The translations under genes were made by a program, and so were the position numbers. A DNA stretch of 63,416 nucleotides, counting the filler, from Choristocarpus tenellus KU-1152 (Eukaryota > Protista > Phaeophyceae): assembly GCA_964200185.2 (NCBI GenBank). It is 8 parts of 8 records of this genome, joined end to end, with 100 filler letters (N's around TTAATTAATTAA, not from the genome) between each part and the next. Parts side by side here need not be neighbours in the genome. Positions count along the whole stretch, not along the records: positions 18,784 to 33,255 come from CAXNAD020001180.1; positions 33,356 to 45,899 come from CAXNAD020001799.1; 6 more parts are not named here. One strand, 5' to 3'. Below, one piece after another: positions 30,701-43,038 of the stretch. The notes under the pieces were generated by a model. It was not told the origin of the DNA. It saw nothing but the letters and a program-made list of their open reading frames with translations, and ran no database searches. The number at the start of each line of letters is the position of its first letter. Position 1 is the stretch's first letter.

Positions 30701-32337
30701 CATTGTGTAGGTCTTGCCCGAGCCGGTCTACACATAGGTTCACAGACCAGGTACGGAGGCGGGTGAAGAATCAATCACAAAGAAGAGGTGCAGCAAACTA
30801 GTGGGAAGGTAAGAATAATGTGAAAATGGGAGGCAGGAAAGCATTGCCCAACTTATGCCAAATCTTTGTAAACGAAACAGTCACATGCATGTATGTAGTA
30901 GCTGGCCTCTTGCCCAATGGTTGGAGCTATCCTACAGTTTTCTGGATGAGATATGGACGGAGTTTGATGGTGCACCAGCTTACCTGACCATATGCAAAAA
31001 TGCAGACATTGTAGCCATCTACGGCAGATGTGACGAGATATCCTGTGTCCTTGAAGATATTCACCTGGTTATTCCCTCCCTCATCTGACCCTGACCATAC
31101 CTGAAGCGGTAGGGATATGAATCTAGAGCTATGTTATTGAGCAAATGAATTACTGGATGGTATGTTTCCTCTTCAGGTGTGGTAGGAACGCCACCTACTC
31201 TGGAAGTGGCTCTGACCACTTACTTGAATAGCACCCTGGCTCATACAGAACACCGAATGAGTATACGGAGCTTTTATCATGATGGAAAGGAATATCTTCA
31301 GTGGAATTGTTGGAAAGTGAGTGGGGCCATCTAGGGGTGGGGTTGTTGCTGATTTCAAGGGCCCTATGGTTGCCTTGTTGTACATGTGCTTTAGGTATTG
31401 TGACGGGTGCTTTCGGACAACAATATCCTAGTAGCCAGTCTTCTACTACTGTATCCTCCTATGGGGGTTAAGTATGTTTCAGTCACGTATGGTGTGTTTT
31501 GTGTAAGGTACGAAATTGCCTTAACACCCAAAGGGCAACGTTAACCCCCCTCTTAGAGTAAACCATGTACATGGATTAGCGATCTTGGTGATAAGCTGTG
31601 CAATTTGTGTAGGGCACAAGTTGCCCTGGCAATGCAGTACTCCATACCAGAGGAGGAGGGATTAGTAGTTAACATAGTGGAAACAACGGAGAAGCTGCAT
31701 GCTCCAGCATGTTCTGACACTGGAAGGGTGAAAGAGGAGATGAGATTCATGCTGGCATAATCTCCAGATCACTTTCAAATGCTTTAAACACAAGTGCAGG
31801 TGTAGTGCAAGCCTCTAAACCTAAGGTTTGAGGAATCATATTGTTTTCCAGCGAAATATTGGAGGAAAATACTTCAATACAGGACGATCGTGTTGAAAAA
31901 TAGACCAAAGTTCACCATATGCTGTTAGAAATTCCTAGCACTACCTGGAAATGTTAGCACGATAAATGGAATAAAATTCTATAATGGTGTCAAGTTCAAA
32001 GATTGAAATCAAAATGAACCCTTCCTGAGCATGTGGAAAACAAGCTGCACCATTGTTGTGAATGTAACAATTGGTCTACATTGTATAGCTGTGATAATGT
32101 TGGGTCATGATTCCATCGGCGCTTTGGCAAATGGTTGGATTGTGTCATAGGTAACCAAACCTGGTCAAACTCGAAGTTCTTGCTATCTTTGCTCTTTGGG
32201 TCGTTGATGACAATTGACTGTTTCCCTTCTTGACCAACAGCCTCACTGCACCCACGGTCTCTCTCCTTTTGGCTGAAGGGTCGGACACGTACATATACCC
32301 TGATCTTGCCCTTGAGATCCTCAATGTTATTGTGCAA
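27702..32337 (-). CDS. Kinesin-14-type C-terminal motor domain (5' part lost at the contig break)
   Basis: Exons 32161-32337, 30984-31100, 30518-30727, 29685-29816 and 27702-28262, all phase 0. Neck LHNNIEDLKGKIRVYVRVRP, P-loop IFAYGQ|TGSGKTYTM, switch I NSDSSRSH, switch II LVDLAGSER, and HIPYRN...DSLGGNSKTLM. Confidence 0.96.
28800..29530 (-). pseudogene. Probable Penelope-like retroelement RT remnant in a kinesin intron
   Basis: The minus-strand pieces HLKPILPLPRAIGYNHTLDAASLYQYI (like TxDVxSLYTNI), LVFLVVIFKFDSSFIQ...IMG (like NNYFxFxxxxYxQxxGxAMG) and EYVIGGPEDL occur in Penelope RT order. Many stops. Confidence 0.45.
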
Positions 32338-32399
32338 CTGTGAGCAGTAGTGCGAGGCATTATAAGAAGGGCGTTACAAGAAAGAACGGGGCCACCTTA

Positions 32400-33180
32400 T
32401 GAAAGATGGGCAATATCAGGAATACAATGTACACTGATTTCACCTGCTGGGATTCGTGCGATCTCTTCAAATCGTTACCTTGAGTACACTTAAACTGTTA
32501 ATGGATTATGAAGAAAGGTGCAGTCAACTGACAAGTGTTCTACTAGATGCCCCTGTCCCCAAGTCAAAAAGTACTTCCTTATTGAATGCATCAGCCTGGT
32601 GGCTAAAACAAGGCCTTAGAAATGCATGAAGGTTTCTATCCATCAACTGCATTGGAAGTCCTCCAGTTGAGCTGAAGACTCTGATGCCTTCAATATCCTG
32701 TGACCCGCCCATTTGCCCATTATGGTGAAACCAAATTTCATGATAGAGGTAAGGTAAGCTATGCTGAGAATACTGAACATAATACTCAATAGTAATACCA
32801 CGACCTAATATATTTCCATGTAGTGGATTCTTGTGCCTGAATTGTTGGAGACCTCTTGGCTGTTTATTCGTCACCACTTGAATGTAGGACTTGCAAGAGA
32901 CCAAGAAGTCCATTATCATTTACGTCCGACAAGGTTGGGCTATGTTTGTAAGTAGTTTGATATTGTTCTGTTTTATTCTTCCAGGAAAGCATGTTCTTTA
33001 TTCTTCAACCTGTTAACACAAACCAGATCAGATTCCGAGCACTGACTTCCAACGATCTCACATAGTGGAAAAATTACCATTTCTTTTGTCCAATTTGATC
33101 TTCTAGAGCAGTTCCCACATTATGCTGGTTGATCCGAGCAACCCTAGGAGTGGCGAAGAAATTACGGCAAGACTCATCAA
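32400..33180 (-). pseudogene. Ty3/Gypsy integrase remnant
   Basis: DFLVSCKSYIQVVTNKQPRGLQQ (like YVxSCxxCQxxKxxxQxPxGLLQ) and STGGLPMQLMDRN (like HGLPxxIVSDRD). Confidence 0.45.
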
Positions 33181-33419
33181 TAGTCTGACCCAAAGTATCT
33201 GGGGGGGGGGGGGGGGGAAAAAAAAAAAAAAAAAGAAAAAAAAAAAAAAAAAAAANNNNNNNNNNNNNNNNNNNNNNNNNNNNNNNNNNNNNNNNNNNNT
33301 TAATTAATTAANNNNNNNNNNNNNNNNNNNNNNNNNNNNNNNNNNNNNNNNNNNNATTGGATTTTGGCCCCCAAATGGACGCGGCTCTACCCTCTAAGAT
33401 ACTTTACCTCTATTAACCC

Positions 33420-34300
33420 CTTCTCGTTGATGAATTTGGCAGATACTTGTGTAACAACATTCCGCAAGGCAACTACTGTGGAGTTCTAGGAGCCCCCCTA
33501 ACTTCTTCGATAAAATCTTCGGAAAGGTCCATGAGATCTTCAATTAACTTTGCCTTACACAAATCCATGAACTCTCGTCCATTTCACTGTAGAGTCCCAG
33601 CACTCAATATGCGGCAGGGTAGTCAAGGAATCCGCAGTAGGAAGTCTCAAAGCACACCCTCGCAGATTTCCCATTCCTGGCTGTAGCCGGGAGAGCCAAA
33701 TCCTTTCTTCCTTAACCTACAGTTTACTGTTGTTGCCAAAGGTGCATGCGCACTTGGTCACCCTTGTATTTATCAAGTCTTCTTGGTAGGGAGTTACATG
33801 GATACTGATTTCCTTGTCCCACAAGGAGCATCACACTTTTTTCCTGAACCCCTTCATCTGTCGCCACCTTGAACATGGAGTGGAGCACACCTTACCCCTT
33901 CCGTCCTCGTTGTCCACCCTGACTAGATATTTTCGATCTTGAACTACGTGCAGACATCATCCCCTATGGGTGCTCCGTAGGCCAATTGCCAGGCAATTGT
34001 GAGCACTATTTCCATCAATGATGATTCCGTTTGAGGCAGTATACACACTCGTTGGCTTGGGAAATTTCTAGCTGTCTCCTCATAGTAGCCCACAGTGCCA
34101 CGCACTCCATTACCCTATCCTTCCCATCTTGGTCTCAAAGCGGGTAATTTCACCTGGACCCCATCCTCAGCATGTCCACCGCAGACTCGAATCCAATTCC
34201 AGCCATGCCAGCTTCTCATTCAGGTTGTCCACGTTGCAATGAATCTTGTCACCAATACTGCTGCTGACCCTTTGTTGGTTTGTTAAAGAGAAAAGACTGC
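33420..34300 (-). pseudogene. RLE/CRE-like LINE remnant (zinc-knuckle region)
   Basis: KCDAPCGTRKS...IQG.PSAHAPLATTVNCRLRKKG resembles CPCCGxxDxDTRHARICxxAGAQVNQHQPLxxAxSRTLKRLG. Confidence 0.35.
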
Positions 34301-35413
34301 AATTTATTTTTGTTGACGTTAGCCACATAAATATACGAACCAACACTTTAGATGTGGTTTTATGAGGCTCAGGGATTTCATGTTCTTTTATCATGATGTC
34401 GTGCAGACCCTTTCTCTCAGCGTGGTCAATGACTATCAGTCTCCAGGTCTCAAGTGAACAACTAGTTATGGGTAGGTTTTTCAGATCATTCTCCACACTT
34501 TTAAGACTCATAACTTGTGCAGAGACAAAAACATCCATATAGTCGCAAAATAAAGGCAGATCTCTGCACTTTGTGCACTCATCTCAACCCCGTCTCAACC
34601 CCGTCTCAACCCGAAGGCGGCGTTCTGCACCCTGTGTTTCAAGAAAGTCCAAATAATGTGAGATTAGTACCGTATGAGAGAAATATGGAAGAGTCACTGT
34701 ACAAGACTTCCTCTTGGTCAACAAGGTATTTTTCAAATGTTCCTACTAAGGAATATCACTGGGTGAGACAGAGGGGATTCTGATTTCCGCTGGCCCGCTT
34801 AGATTTTTGCTTCCTACCGACAAAGTAACCACTATGCACTGGACTCAACCTCGTGTAAGGGGTGTGCCTTGCACAAGGTGCCAACTCTTCAGGTCGGTTC
34901 CTTTGACAGTTGAAAGGACGAAATATTTCGGTAGATGGCATTGGGGGACTGCGGTCACAGCAGATCGTGCGTGAGCTGACTAATCACCCTCTTTGTACCT
35001 CATGATGTGTCAAAACGCCACTATACAATAGGGTGTATGCCAATTGCCAACGCCTCTCCATTTCACTCTGAGAGCGCCAGACAGCGCAGTCTGGTGCTCC
35101 AAATGTAGGCTTCACGATAGTCCCTCGAATATCGATACCGTTTGGCGAAGATAAGAAAGCTCGCAGTCCCAACTTAGTGCGTACAACCTGAAACCACCTC
35201 ATGACATTTTGTATCCAAACCAACAAGTAAGTGTAGTATTTGTTAGAACTTTGGATGTAATACTAAATATGGTAGTGTGTAGGTACAGAAAAGGTTTTAA
35301 CATTTTTGAAAATTTCAAATTCCTTGGAAACAATGTACACTTCACTACATCATTGTACTGACTAAGGGTGGCCAGGAGGTATCAACAGCAATAGATATAT
35401 GGAGCCTCACCAG

Positions 35414-38400
35414 TATATGTTCCTGGTTGAGGGTGATAAAGATGAACGATTCAGCATGTCAGGCCTCAAGTCCCGCCCATCACCAGGAGAGGAGCTCAAA
35501 GCAACAATCACCACATTTGCGCACCCTCGGACAGGTTTGTCACGAGTACCTTCTGGATGAGAGCCCCCAAAAGAGGGAAATGCAGCAGAAGGATCCGATA
35601 TCAGCTCCATCTGTTCTGGAGTAGGCTATATTTCCGCTATTTCGAGCACGGTGCCCTCTAATCCCCTAGTCCACATTTTGGACGATTAGGTGATCACACA
35701 AGATTTATGTTGGTAGGTCAGGACCTCCTTGAGATTCAAGCATCGAGACCAAGGGATCACGAGCAGGCCAGCTTCTTTATCGATCAGTCTGTGCAGGCCG
35801 ATGGGACTGTTTACACGGCCACACGAGTGGATCCTCTCTTCCTGCTCTTGCCGGTGTTGAAAAAGCATGCCACAAAATGGTGTCCTCTTGACCAGGCACT
35901 CGCCGAGGCGGATTGTGGAGGTTTGAAAGGACTGCGACACCTAGATGCATCCAAGCTTTGCGACGTGAACGGTGAGGACGTGCGAGTGCGGCAAGATTTC
36001 AAGCCTCCACGCTGCATGACGATTCCGAAGTTCAGTTGTCTGTCCTCTTGGTCTCTCTATTATGTGTTGTGCTGCCAGTAGTTTCTCCTTCGCTAAGCAA
36101 ACCAATTGTTCAACTTTTGCCAGCCCCCATTCCCAACATACCTTCCCACAAAAGCTCACCCAACCCGCCGAACCGACCATTCCAAAGACCGCCTGGGTCC
36201 AGAGACCATACTCTATCGCCTGAACGAGGACTCTGTCCTGACTTGGCTGACCTCCAAGGTAGAGCGCGCAGCTGCCAGGTTTCAGGAGATTGCCGATGAG
36301 GCCGAAGCAGCGGCCCGTGCTGCTGGGGGTGGGATTGCAGGATTTGCCGCCGGTTTCGCAACTCTTCAAGAGACAGGTCCTCCATGTGTTGACAAGGAGA
36401 AACGGGAGGGAGGCAAGGGTGCAATTGGGGGTGATTGTGGGGGTGGGATCCACTTGGGACTAGAGGTGGGGCAGGGAAGTGAGAAAGGGGCTAAGGTGGG
36501 GACTCTCTGTACACAACAGGCACTGGAGGTGGTCAGTGAGTACGTTGCAGATGAGTGGGTGGATCGTCTGGCAGAGTGCTTCAGGTAAGTTTGGAGAGAG
36601 TAGAGTTGGTGTGATTTGTTATTCTACTTCTCATGCGTTTTCTCATAGAGTTGCACGTATTCCCCCCTTCCTCCTGCTTGCACAATATTTTTAAGTATAC
36701 AGTATAAACTTGATATTTCACACTCTGTAAAGAATGCTTTGACGTATGAGCTACTCTCAGAGAACCCTATTGAGACGGCAAAACACAAACTAAAGTCCTG
36801 CGGTCATGCAGCAGTAGTTAGGGGAAACCACCAGCAGCAAGAGCTCCGATGGCCTGCCACTTGTGGATGATGTTAGGACTTCGTTGCTCCTCCTGCTTGC
36901 AGTGTCTTTTCCAAGGCAAAACCAGTATCTATCACACTGTGCCCATAGATTAATGTTTTCTGCTTTGTCAAAGGGCTGAAGAAATCCTACACGTTGACTG
37001 AGCTTCATGTCCTCATTGCCATCCAATCATCTACTCCCATTGATTAGAGTTGGTATTGAAAACTAAAAATTATGCAAAAATGATACATCAACAGCAGAAC
37101 GAGTGATGGACATAGTATTTGATGTCTAATCTTGTTAGTACTATGCCGGTTTCATGTCTGCACCTAAGCAGGAACAGAGTGAAGGAATGTCATGGTATAG
37201 TTGATATTCGCTGAGCATGAATGTCCTCAGTTTTGTGTCCAACAACCAAGAACATAGCCAGTTTTTTTTCCCCTTTTTTACCTTGACAATAGTTGATTGG
37301 GCTATTTCTGGGTGCGATGGGCCAAAATTTTCTGTTCAGCGATCAGTTGTAAGAGAAAGACTCTACCCCCACTCAATTGAGATTAATTAATAAACAGTGT
37401 GGGTCGGTATGTTTTCACATTATGTAGCACATAACCACGATGCTATTGCAAACAAACACTGCCTTCCCCTCCATATGTTGTTTTCATATAAGTGTAGTGA
37501 CTCATGTTCTGAACCCAAACGATTGTCACTTGGATGTTCTGAGCTGCCTGAATTTCGAAATACACGAGAGCAAGTTGTTTGACAAGAGAGGAGTGGTGCT
37601 GAATTAGCTTAGGGCTGGACCTACATGCTGTTGTGTGCCAGAGCAAAAGTTTTGTCCGAATATTTCCCACGTAGAGGCTCTATGAGATGGAAGTGCACCA
37701 GGGGTTTATTCTGCGGTATAGACAGTTCTACTGCGGAAGGAACTGGTCATGGTCTATTGGGTTCAGCTTGTACCGTCAGTGATGCGATTTGTACTGCATA
37801 CAAACCTGCTAACCTTTGCATATTTAGTTGGCGACAGTACCTACGATTTTTTTGAGAAAACTGGAGCACCAGCGAATAGTGGAGCCCTGTTTGCATCCCT
37901 AAAGCGCACAGACTGTGATGAATTGAAGGGATCAATTCAGCCAAAAGTTGTTTCAACTTGGAAGTTATCCTATCTTTCCCATCCGCCTGGACTGTGACTT
38001 CAACATGCCAAATTTTTATCAGCAGCACCCAAATTCCATGCATAGCCTTATTTCCTTGAAGTGGAGTTATCCTGAGCTCGAAATTAACACGTTATATTCA
38101 TCTATTTCTTTTTTATTTGTTTGACTCGTACATGGTTGGCAACACCCACACCAGCAGCCTTATCCCCTGCGCCATCCCCTTAATGAGATTACTTGGATGT
38201 GTTCTGTAACTAGTTCTACAACTAGTTATGAAGCAATGAGCAGTCAGGAGGTTACATGAGATCGTGTTACGGAAAAAAAACCCCTCGAGGAATCCAATCA
38301 TGGCAAAATCCTTCCAATGCAATTGGTCTATGCGAAAAGTGGCACCGGTCTCAAGGCACCTCAGCAGTAAAGAGACATTTCTTGTTCGGTGGAGTTACGC

Positions 38401-41400
38401 GATACAACTTGTGCTAATGTTATACCGCTGCTGTCAAATCGGTACTAGTAGCTACTGCAAATATGCATCAAATCTGTATGCAACTTCGGGTGAGATTGTA
38501 TCACACCAATTGATTGTCTTCCATGAATGCCATCTTCCATCCCAAGAAGACTGTTTTGCATTGTCTTCAATAAGTGGTGCCGACCATCTTGTAGAATTTT
38601 GTTATGGAATAGTTCACTACTATGAAGGGAAGGAGTAATCAAGATTTCTGAAATATTTTCTGGGAATTTTCGAGTTAGACAACAAGAATGTATTATTGGA
38701 AGTGTGGGAGCAAACCAGATCTCATGAAATTGGTTGAGGTCCTAGCTCCACATAGGACCCAAGATATGGACCATTTTTGACCTAATTCGGAGAAAATTCT
38801 CTTGACCCCCAAAGTAGACTGGAGGCATTCTAAACAATATAGAACCTGCTAGAGGTGAATTTATCCCATAATATATATATATATATACATATCTGTATAT
38901 TGAATGAAAGCTGGACTAACACATCGATCAAGGTATAGTAGCACCTTTGACTTACAGTACAGCTTGCAATAGGGTGCATGATCTGGGAGAGGGTATCATT
39001 TCTGTTTTTTGGGGGTACATCCTTGTTTTTTTCATACTTGCACGGTGGTTTTGTCTATGTTATCGGTGGAATGCTAATATACTCAAGACTCGTACTGTAT
39101 GTCTTTGGTGGCCTTAATTGTTGTGGTAGTTGAATGTCCAGATTAGTTGCCAGTCGTGGTTTGAAAATTGTGAAAATGGGTCTCTTGTGTAGCTGATGGC
39201 AAAATAATTTGTCCATGTAGACAATGACAATGGTCCCTTCAACTTCCTCCTTAATAGTCCCCCAGTATTCAACCAGCAACCTGTAAATACGCCCTTTCCT
39301 CTCCCCTGTCTGTGAGAGGTGGGGTCTTGATTCAACCCCTTCTTGTCACATTTACCCCAAGCGCTTCAGAATGGAACTCAGACCCCTCAATGAGAGTTCC
39401 ACCCCAAGTTTTGTCTTCACCTACCCAAGTCACCAATTCCCGGCGGAAGGCCACATTTCTCAACGAGAGCTGTGCATAGGTGACGAGTCCCCTATCTCAT
39501 TGAGGTGTGGTTTGACGGGCTTGTGTGTTTCATTGGAGTCCCCTTGAACACTCCCCCTTCCAGCCCCAGAGGGGCTAAATACCTCCCTCTTCTCCTCTCC
39601 AAAGTTTTCACAATGTGGAAAACCTTGTCGTATTCCACTCCCCCTGCTCTCTCAGAGGACAGTCACCTTCGCCTCAGTTTGCCTCACATCGTTGTTGAGT
39701 ATTTCAAGATGGTTGCACTGGTTGTACGGGATCAGCAGTATTTGTATGCCGTGCCTGTCCCTCAGAAACAACTTCTTTGCTCTGACCAACTTGATTCCCT
39801 CCATTTTCTCTTTGGCATCGGCATCCTCCACCCATTTCCAACTCGAAGCAGTCATGCAGGCTCGTAGCCTTGCCTTTACTCCCCCTTCCCCCCCCCCCTC
39901 TTGTTTTGCAGCATCCCCCGGTCTAGAGGTGCTTCTGAGGCCAGGCCTCTCGACCTCAGCACACTCCACCCTTTTGCACCTTGAAGCAGTCATGCGGGCC
40001 CTTGCCTTGCCTTTGCTCCCACTCCCCTCCCCCTCTTGTTTTTGCAGCACCCCCCGGTGGAGGTGCCTCTGAGCCCGGGCCTCTCAATCTCTCACTTTTG
40101 TTATTCGCCCCACCCCAGACTTCCTTGATTGGGGGTTTTGATAAGTTGAGATTTGGCTTTGAGCCTTGAACTAAAATCAACTAGATTTGTTTGTCCTCTC
40201 TAGTTCTCCCTGACCACCAAGAACGGTCTTCACTGCCGTCCTTGTGTGACCCAGAGGGAATAAAGAACTGCTGTATTGCGCAAGAGGCCCCCCCCAATAC
40301 ATTTGTATGGATGCCAACATGTAATCCCTCTGTTTGACTTGATTAAACACCTATGAGTTTGGAAGGGTAGCATGCCACACCTTGAGACAATGAAGGTCTG
40401 GGGATATAGGATATGTTTGTATACATTATCTTTAAGCTCGGTTTAAAATTTAGTGGAAAACGAATAGGTACATCCCAAGTTCCATGGTCTTCCCCTCAGC
40501 CTGCAGGAATACCATTCCCTTGGCCACCAAAGACGCATCTACATGTACTACTATCCGCCTATCCTCCTGCGTCTTGTGCGCTCCCTTTATGTTGTTATTG
40601 CCTAAGTGGTTCACCACATTTTGGACAAGTTCCTCAATGTTGTCCAAGCGAAGGCACCCTGCCTTGGTCTGCAGAGAGTGGAAGAATTTGAGACTGGGAG
40701 TGTTCAAATCCGGTGACTGGACAGGTTACTTGAGCACACATATTGAGAAGCCTCTAGCAGTGGCCCAATCACCCACTGCTTTCTCGGCAGATGCTGTATG
40801 TGAACATATGCTGTATGTGAACATATGCTGTATGTGAACATATGCTGTATGTGGTCTTGCATTGTCGTCCTGAAGGAAAACAACAATCTCCTGCTTTAAC
40901 AGGCGTGGGTGAGACACTAAAGCTGGCAAGACCTTCTCTGTGAGAATTTTCTCATGAGGCTCACCAGTCACGTTGACAGTCTTTGTCTTGATGGTACCTC
41001 AGGTGTGTTTACAGGATGATCGTCTTGTTGCAACTTGCTCTGTCAGTGGCCAAATGCCGATCTTCATGCCCACCAAGTTCCATCCTCCAAAACATGGGGG
41101 CGTGCATTCGCAGCCAGAAACATCACTTTTGGAATGTGTGACTTGCTTGTGACGTGAGGACACTTAGGTGATGCCTCCCCAGGCTTGATGTAAACCCTTT
41201 CCCGTTGGGGAACCAGGTGAAACCATTTTTCATCAAGGTAGACACAGTCAAGCATGGGCTCAAACACGTGCCCTGTACCCCTTTTTCAGGGTGCTGCTCA
41301 TAACAAAGGCCACCCTATCCACCTCGTGTTGGTTGGAGAAGAAGGGCTTGATGACTCTCTGATGTGATTTGACCCATGTCTCCTCGATATACCTCCTTGT

Positions 41401-43038
41401 CTTCCCTAGTGTAACTTTGGCCTTCACAGCCCATCTCCTCTGACTGGTCCGTTCCAACACATGGACTGCTTTAATCCCATCAATATCCTCTTACAGAATG
41501 ATTCTTGGTCGTCCATTTCGACCAGAGGCTAAAACTATGCCCTCTTCATTATCGCAGCTCCGTGATGCCACCCTCACCAACCGAGCCAACACTGTTGTGG
41601 CCATTCCGTACTTGTGTGCAATTTGCGATCAGGCACCTCGTTGGACTCTACCACAGGTCTTGCACACCCGAAAGCACTCTCTGCAGCAGCTTGCCGCTTG
41701 TACATGACCAATGGATGTCTTTAGCCTTTCCCATTGTGCAAAGTATGGTGTTGATTGATTCGGCTGATCTCGAGAATTTGAAATTCTGTTGTGTTGCAAT
41801 CACCCTTCTCAATCGGAGGGCAACCAAACGTAACTGTACGATTTCGTGGTTTCAGACCCAATTTTCACACCCTGCAACAAGATGTTTCCTACCTTAGTTA
41901 CTTGGACCAGACATGTACATGCATCACCCCCTGCCCCAGCTCCCACCCCTAACCCCACCCCCACCCCACCCATGCCCCGTCCCCTGCCTTGTTTTTGCGG
42001 TGTACAACTACTCCAACTGCTTGCGGTTTGATCAAAAATTGATTGGCGTGTGTGTATATTTCATGTGATCTGTCGTACCTTCAATAGGACTGAGCGATCA
42101 GTCCTATTTGGGGGTAAAGACCCACCTTCAAAAAAGCGAAAGGGCGTTTGGGAGGAGACTGCTGAATCGGACAGAATTCTGGAGTTCACTCATGGAACAG
42201 GCAGTGGAGGAAAGGTGAGGTTCAGCACATTGGCAAGAATCCCCACCATCTTTGAAGTAGGGCAGGAGGGGGTTGGGGTTTAGGACTGTTCCCTGGGGTG
42301 ACCTCAGCTGGTGGTGAATTAAAAACCTGTGCTAAGTGTTGGAAGTGATCTGTTGTTCTGTTGTCCAAATTTGGCTGTGACTCCGATTGGAGTTTTCAAC
42401 ACGATCGATGCCCAGATGCGTTTGTTTCTACGTCTGGAGTGCCCCCCCCCCCATTCCCCATTGATGATGATGGTGTTTTTTCGTGCAGTCTTGTTTACAG
42501 GAGGTAGCTTTTGTGAAACATTGTCGCTATTTGTTTCTTATTATTGTTTCTTATTATTGTTTCTTCACATTAATCCCGATGATTCTCAAAAGCTGGGGTT
42601 AGATTGTAGGGTTGAGGGGAAAGAAAACAAGAAAAATCTATGAATTGATGCAGAAATACACTTGAGAGGCGCGTGATGTAGTAGTGAACACTACATACAG
42701 GGTACTTCGTGTATAAGAAGCAGATACGGCGAGCATTTGTGCTCCTCCAATTGCGCCCCCCCCCCTCCCCTCGCTCCCAACTATTGTTGCCAAATGTAGG
42801 TAAAGGAGCAATGCACACGCATTCCTCGTGTTCCCTCCCTGTCTCTGGTTTCATGACACCCCTAACCCTACATATCCCTAAGCATCCCTTCTTTTTGTAC
42901 TATTAATTGAATTATTTTCAGGGGAAGGCGGAGCCAGCAGCCTCCACCAAGTCGAAAGCGCAGACTGCAGGGCAGCGAAGCCTTGCCAAGGTGAACAAGA
43001 AGGGCATGAAGTCCATCACTAGTTTCTTCAAGGCGTGA
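35414..43038 (+). CDS. RNASEH2B: Ribonuclease H2 subunit B (Ydr279p family); start codon uncertain
   Basis: Exons 35414-35534, 35690-35971, 36188-36584, 42088-42214 and 42922-43038, phase-consistent. Motifs FAHPRTG, SFFIDQSVQADGTVYTATRVDPLFLLLPVL, LYRLNEDSVLTWLTSKV, ALEVVSEYV and the C-terminal PIP box LAKVNKKGMKSITSFFKA*. Confidence 0.92.
37760..39800 (-). pseudogene. IS630/Tc1-like DDE transposase remnant inside the RNase H2B intron
   Basis: HTH-like VKTKLGVELSLRGLSSILKRLG (~39360-39420), first D in IVIVYMDKLFCHQLH (~39200), SSELF...LIEDNA (second D, ~38560-38620) and a degraded PPYH/PIE-like LIPSIHHSL...KNRRYCRQ (~37830-37940). Confidence 0.55.
39840..40056. repeat. Imperfect tandem duplication (~80-bp unit, ~140-bp spacing)
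   Basis: GAAGCAGTCATGC.GGC...GCCTTGCCTTT.CTCCC...CCCCCTCTTGTTTT(T)GCAGCA.CCCCC at ~39845 and ~39983. Confidence 0.75.
40400..41750 (-). pseudogene. Mariner-like DD39D transposase pseudogene inside the RNase H2B intron
   Basis: HQRVIKPFFSNQHEVDRVAF, VYLDEKWF, SKSHIPKVMFLAANARP, W..KIGIWP, ILTEKVLPA, LQDDNARPH and PVQSPDLN..LKFFHSLQ. Stops and frameshifts are present. Confidence 0.9.
40791..40853. repeat. Perfect 17-bp tandem repeat (ATGCTGTATGTGAACAT x3.7)
   Basis: Read directly from the sequence. Confidence 0.97.

Noticed and set aside
37749-37997. AYLVGDSTY on the plus strand as a Harbinger transposase motif (possible partner of the MITEs)
   Set aside because: No other Harbinger motifs flank it, and the opposite strand fits the end of the Tc1-like remnant. 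It is probably chance.
40791-40853. CRISPR-like array
   Set aside because: These are head-to-tail 17-bp units with no spacers, inside a transposase pseudogene, and there are no cas genes.
42529-42566. Short tandem duplications (TGTTTCTTATTAT x~3; also 34582-34612, 45416-45448, 57860-57890) and (TA)n or (TG)n runs
   Set aside because: These are ordinary slippage repeats with no further structure.
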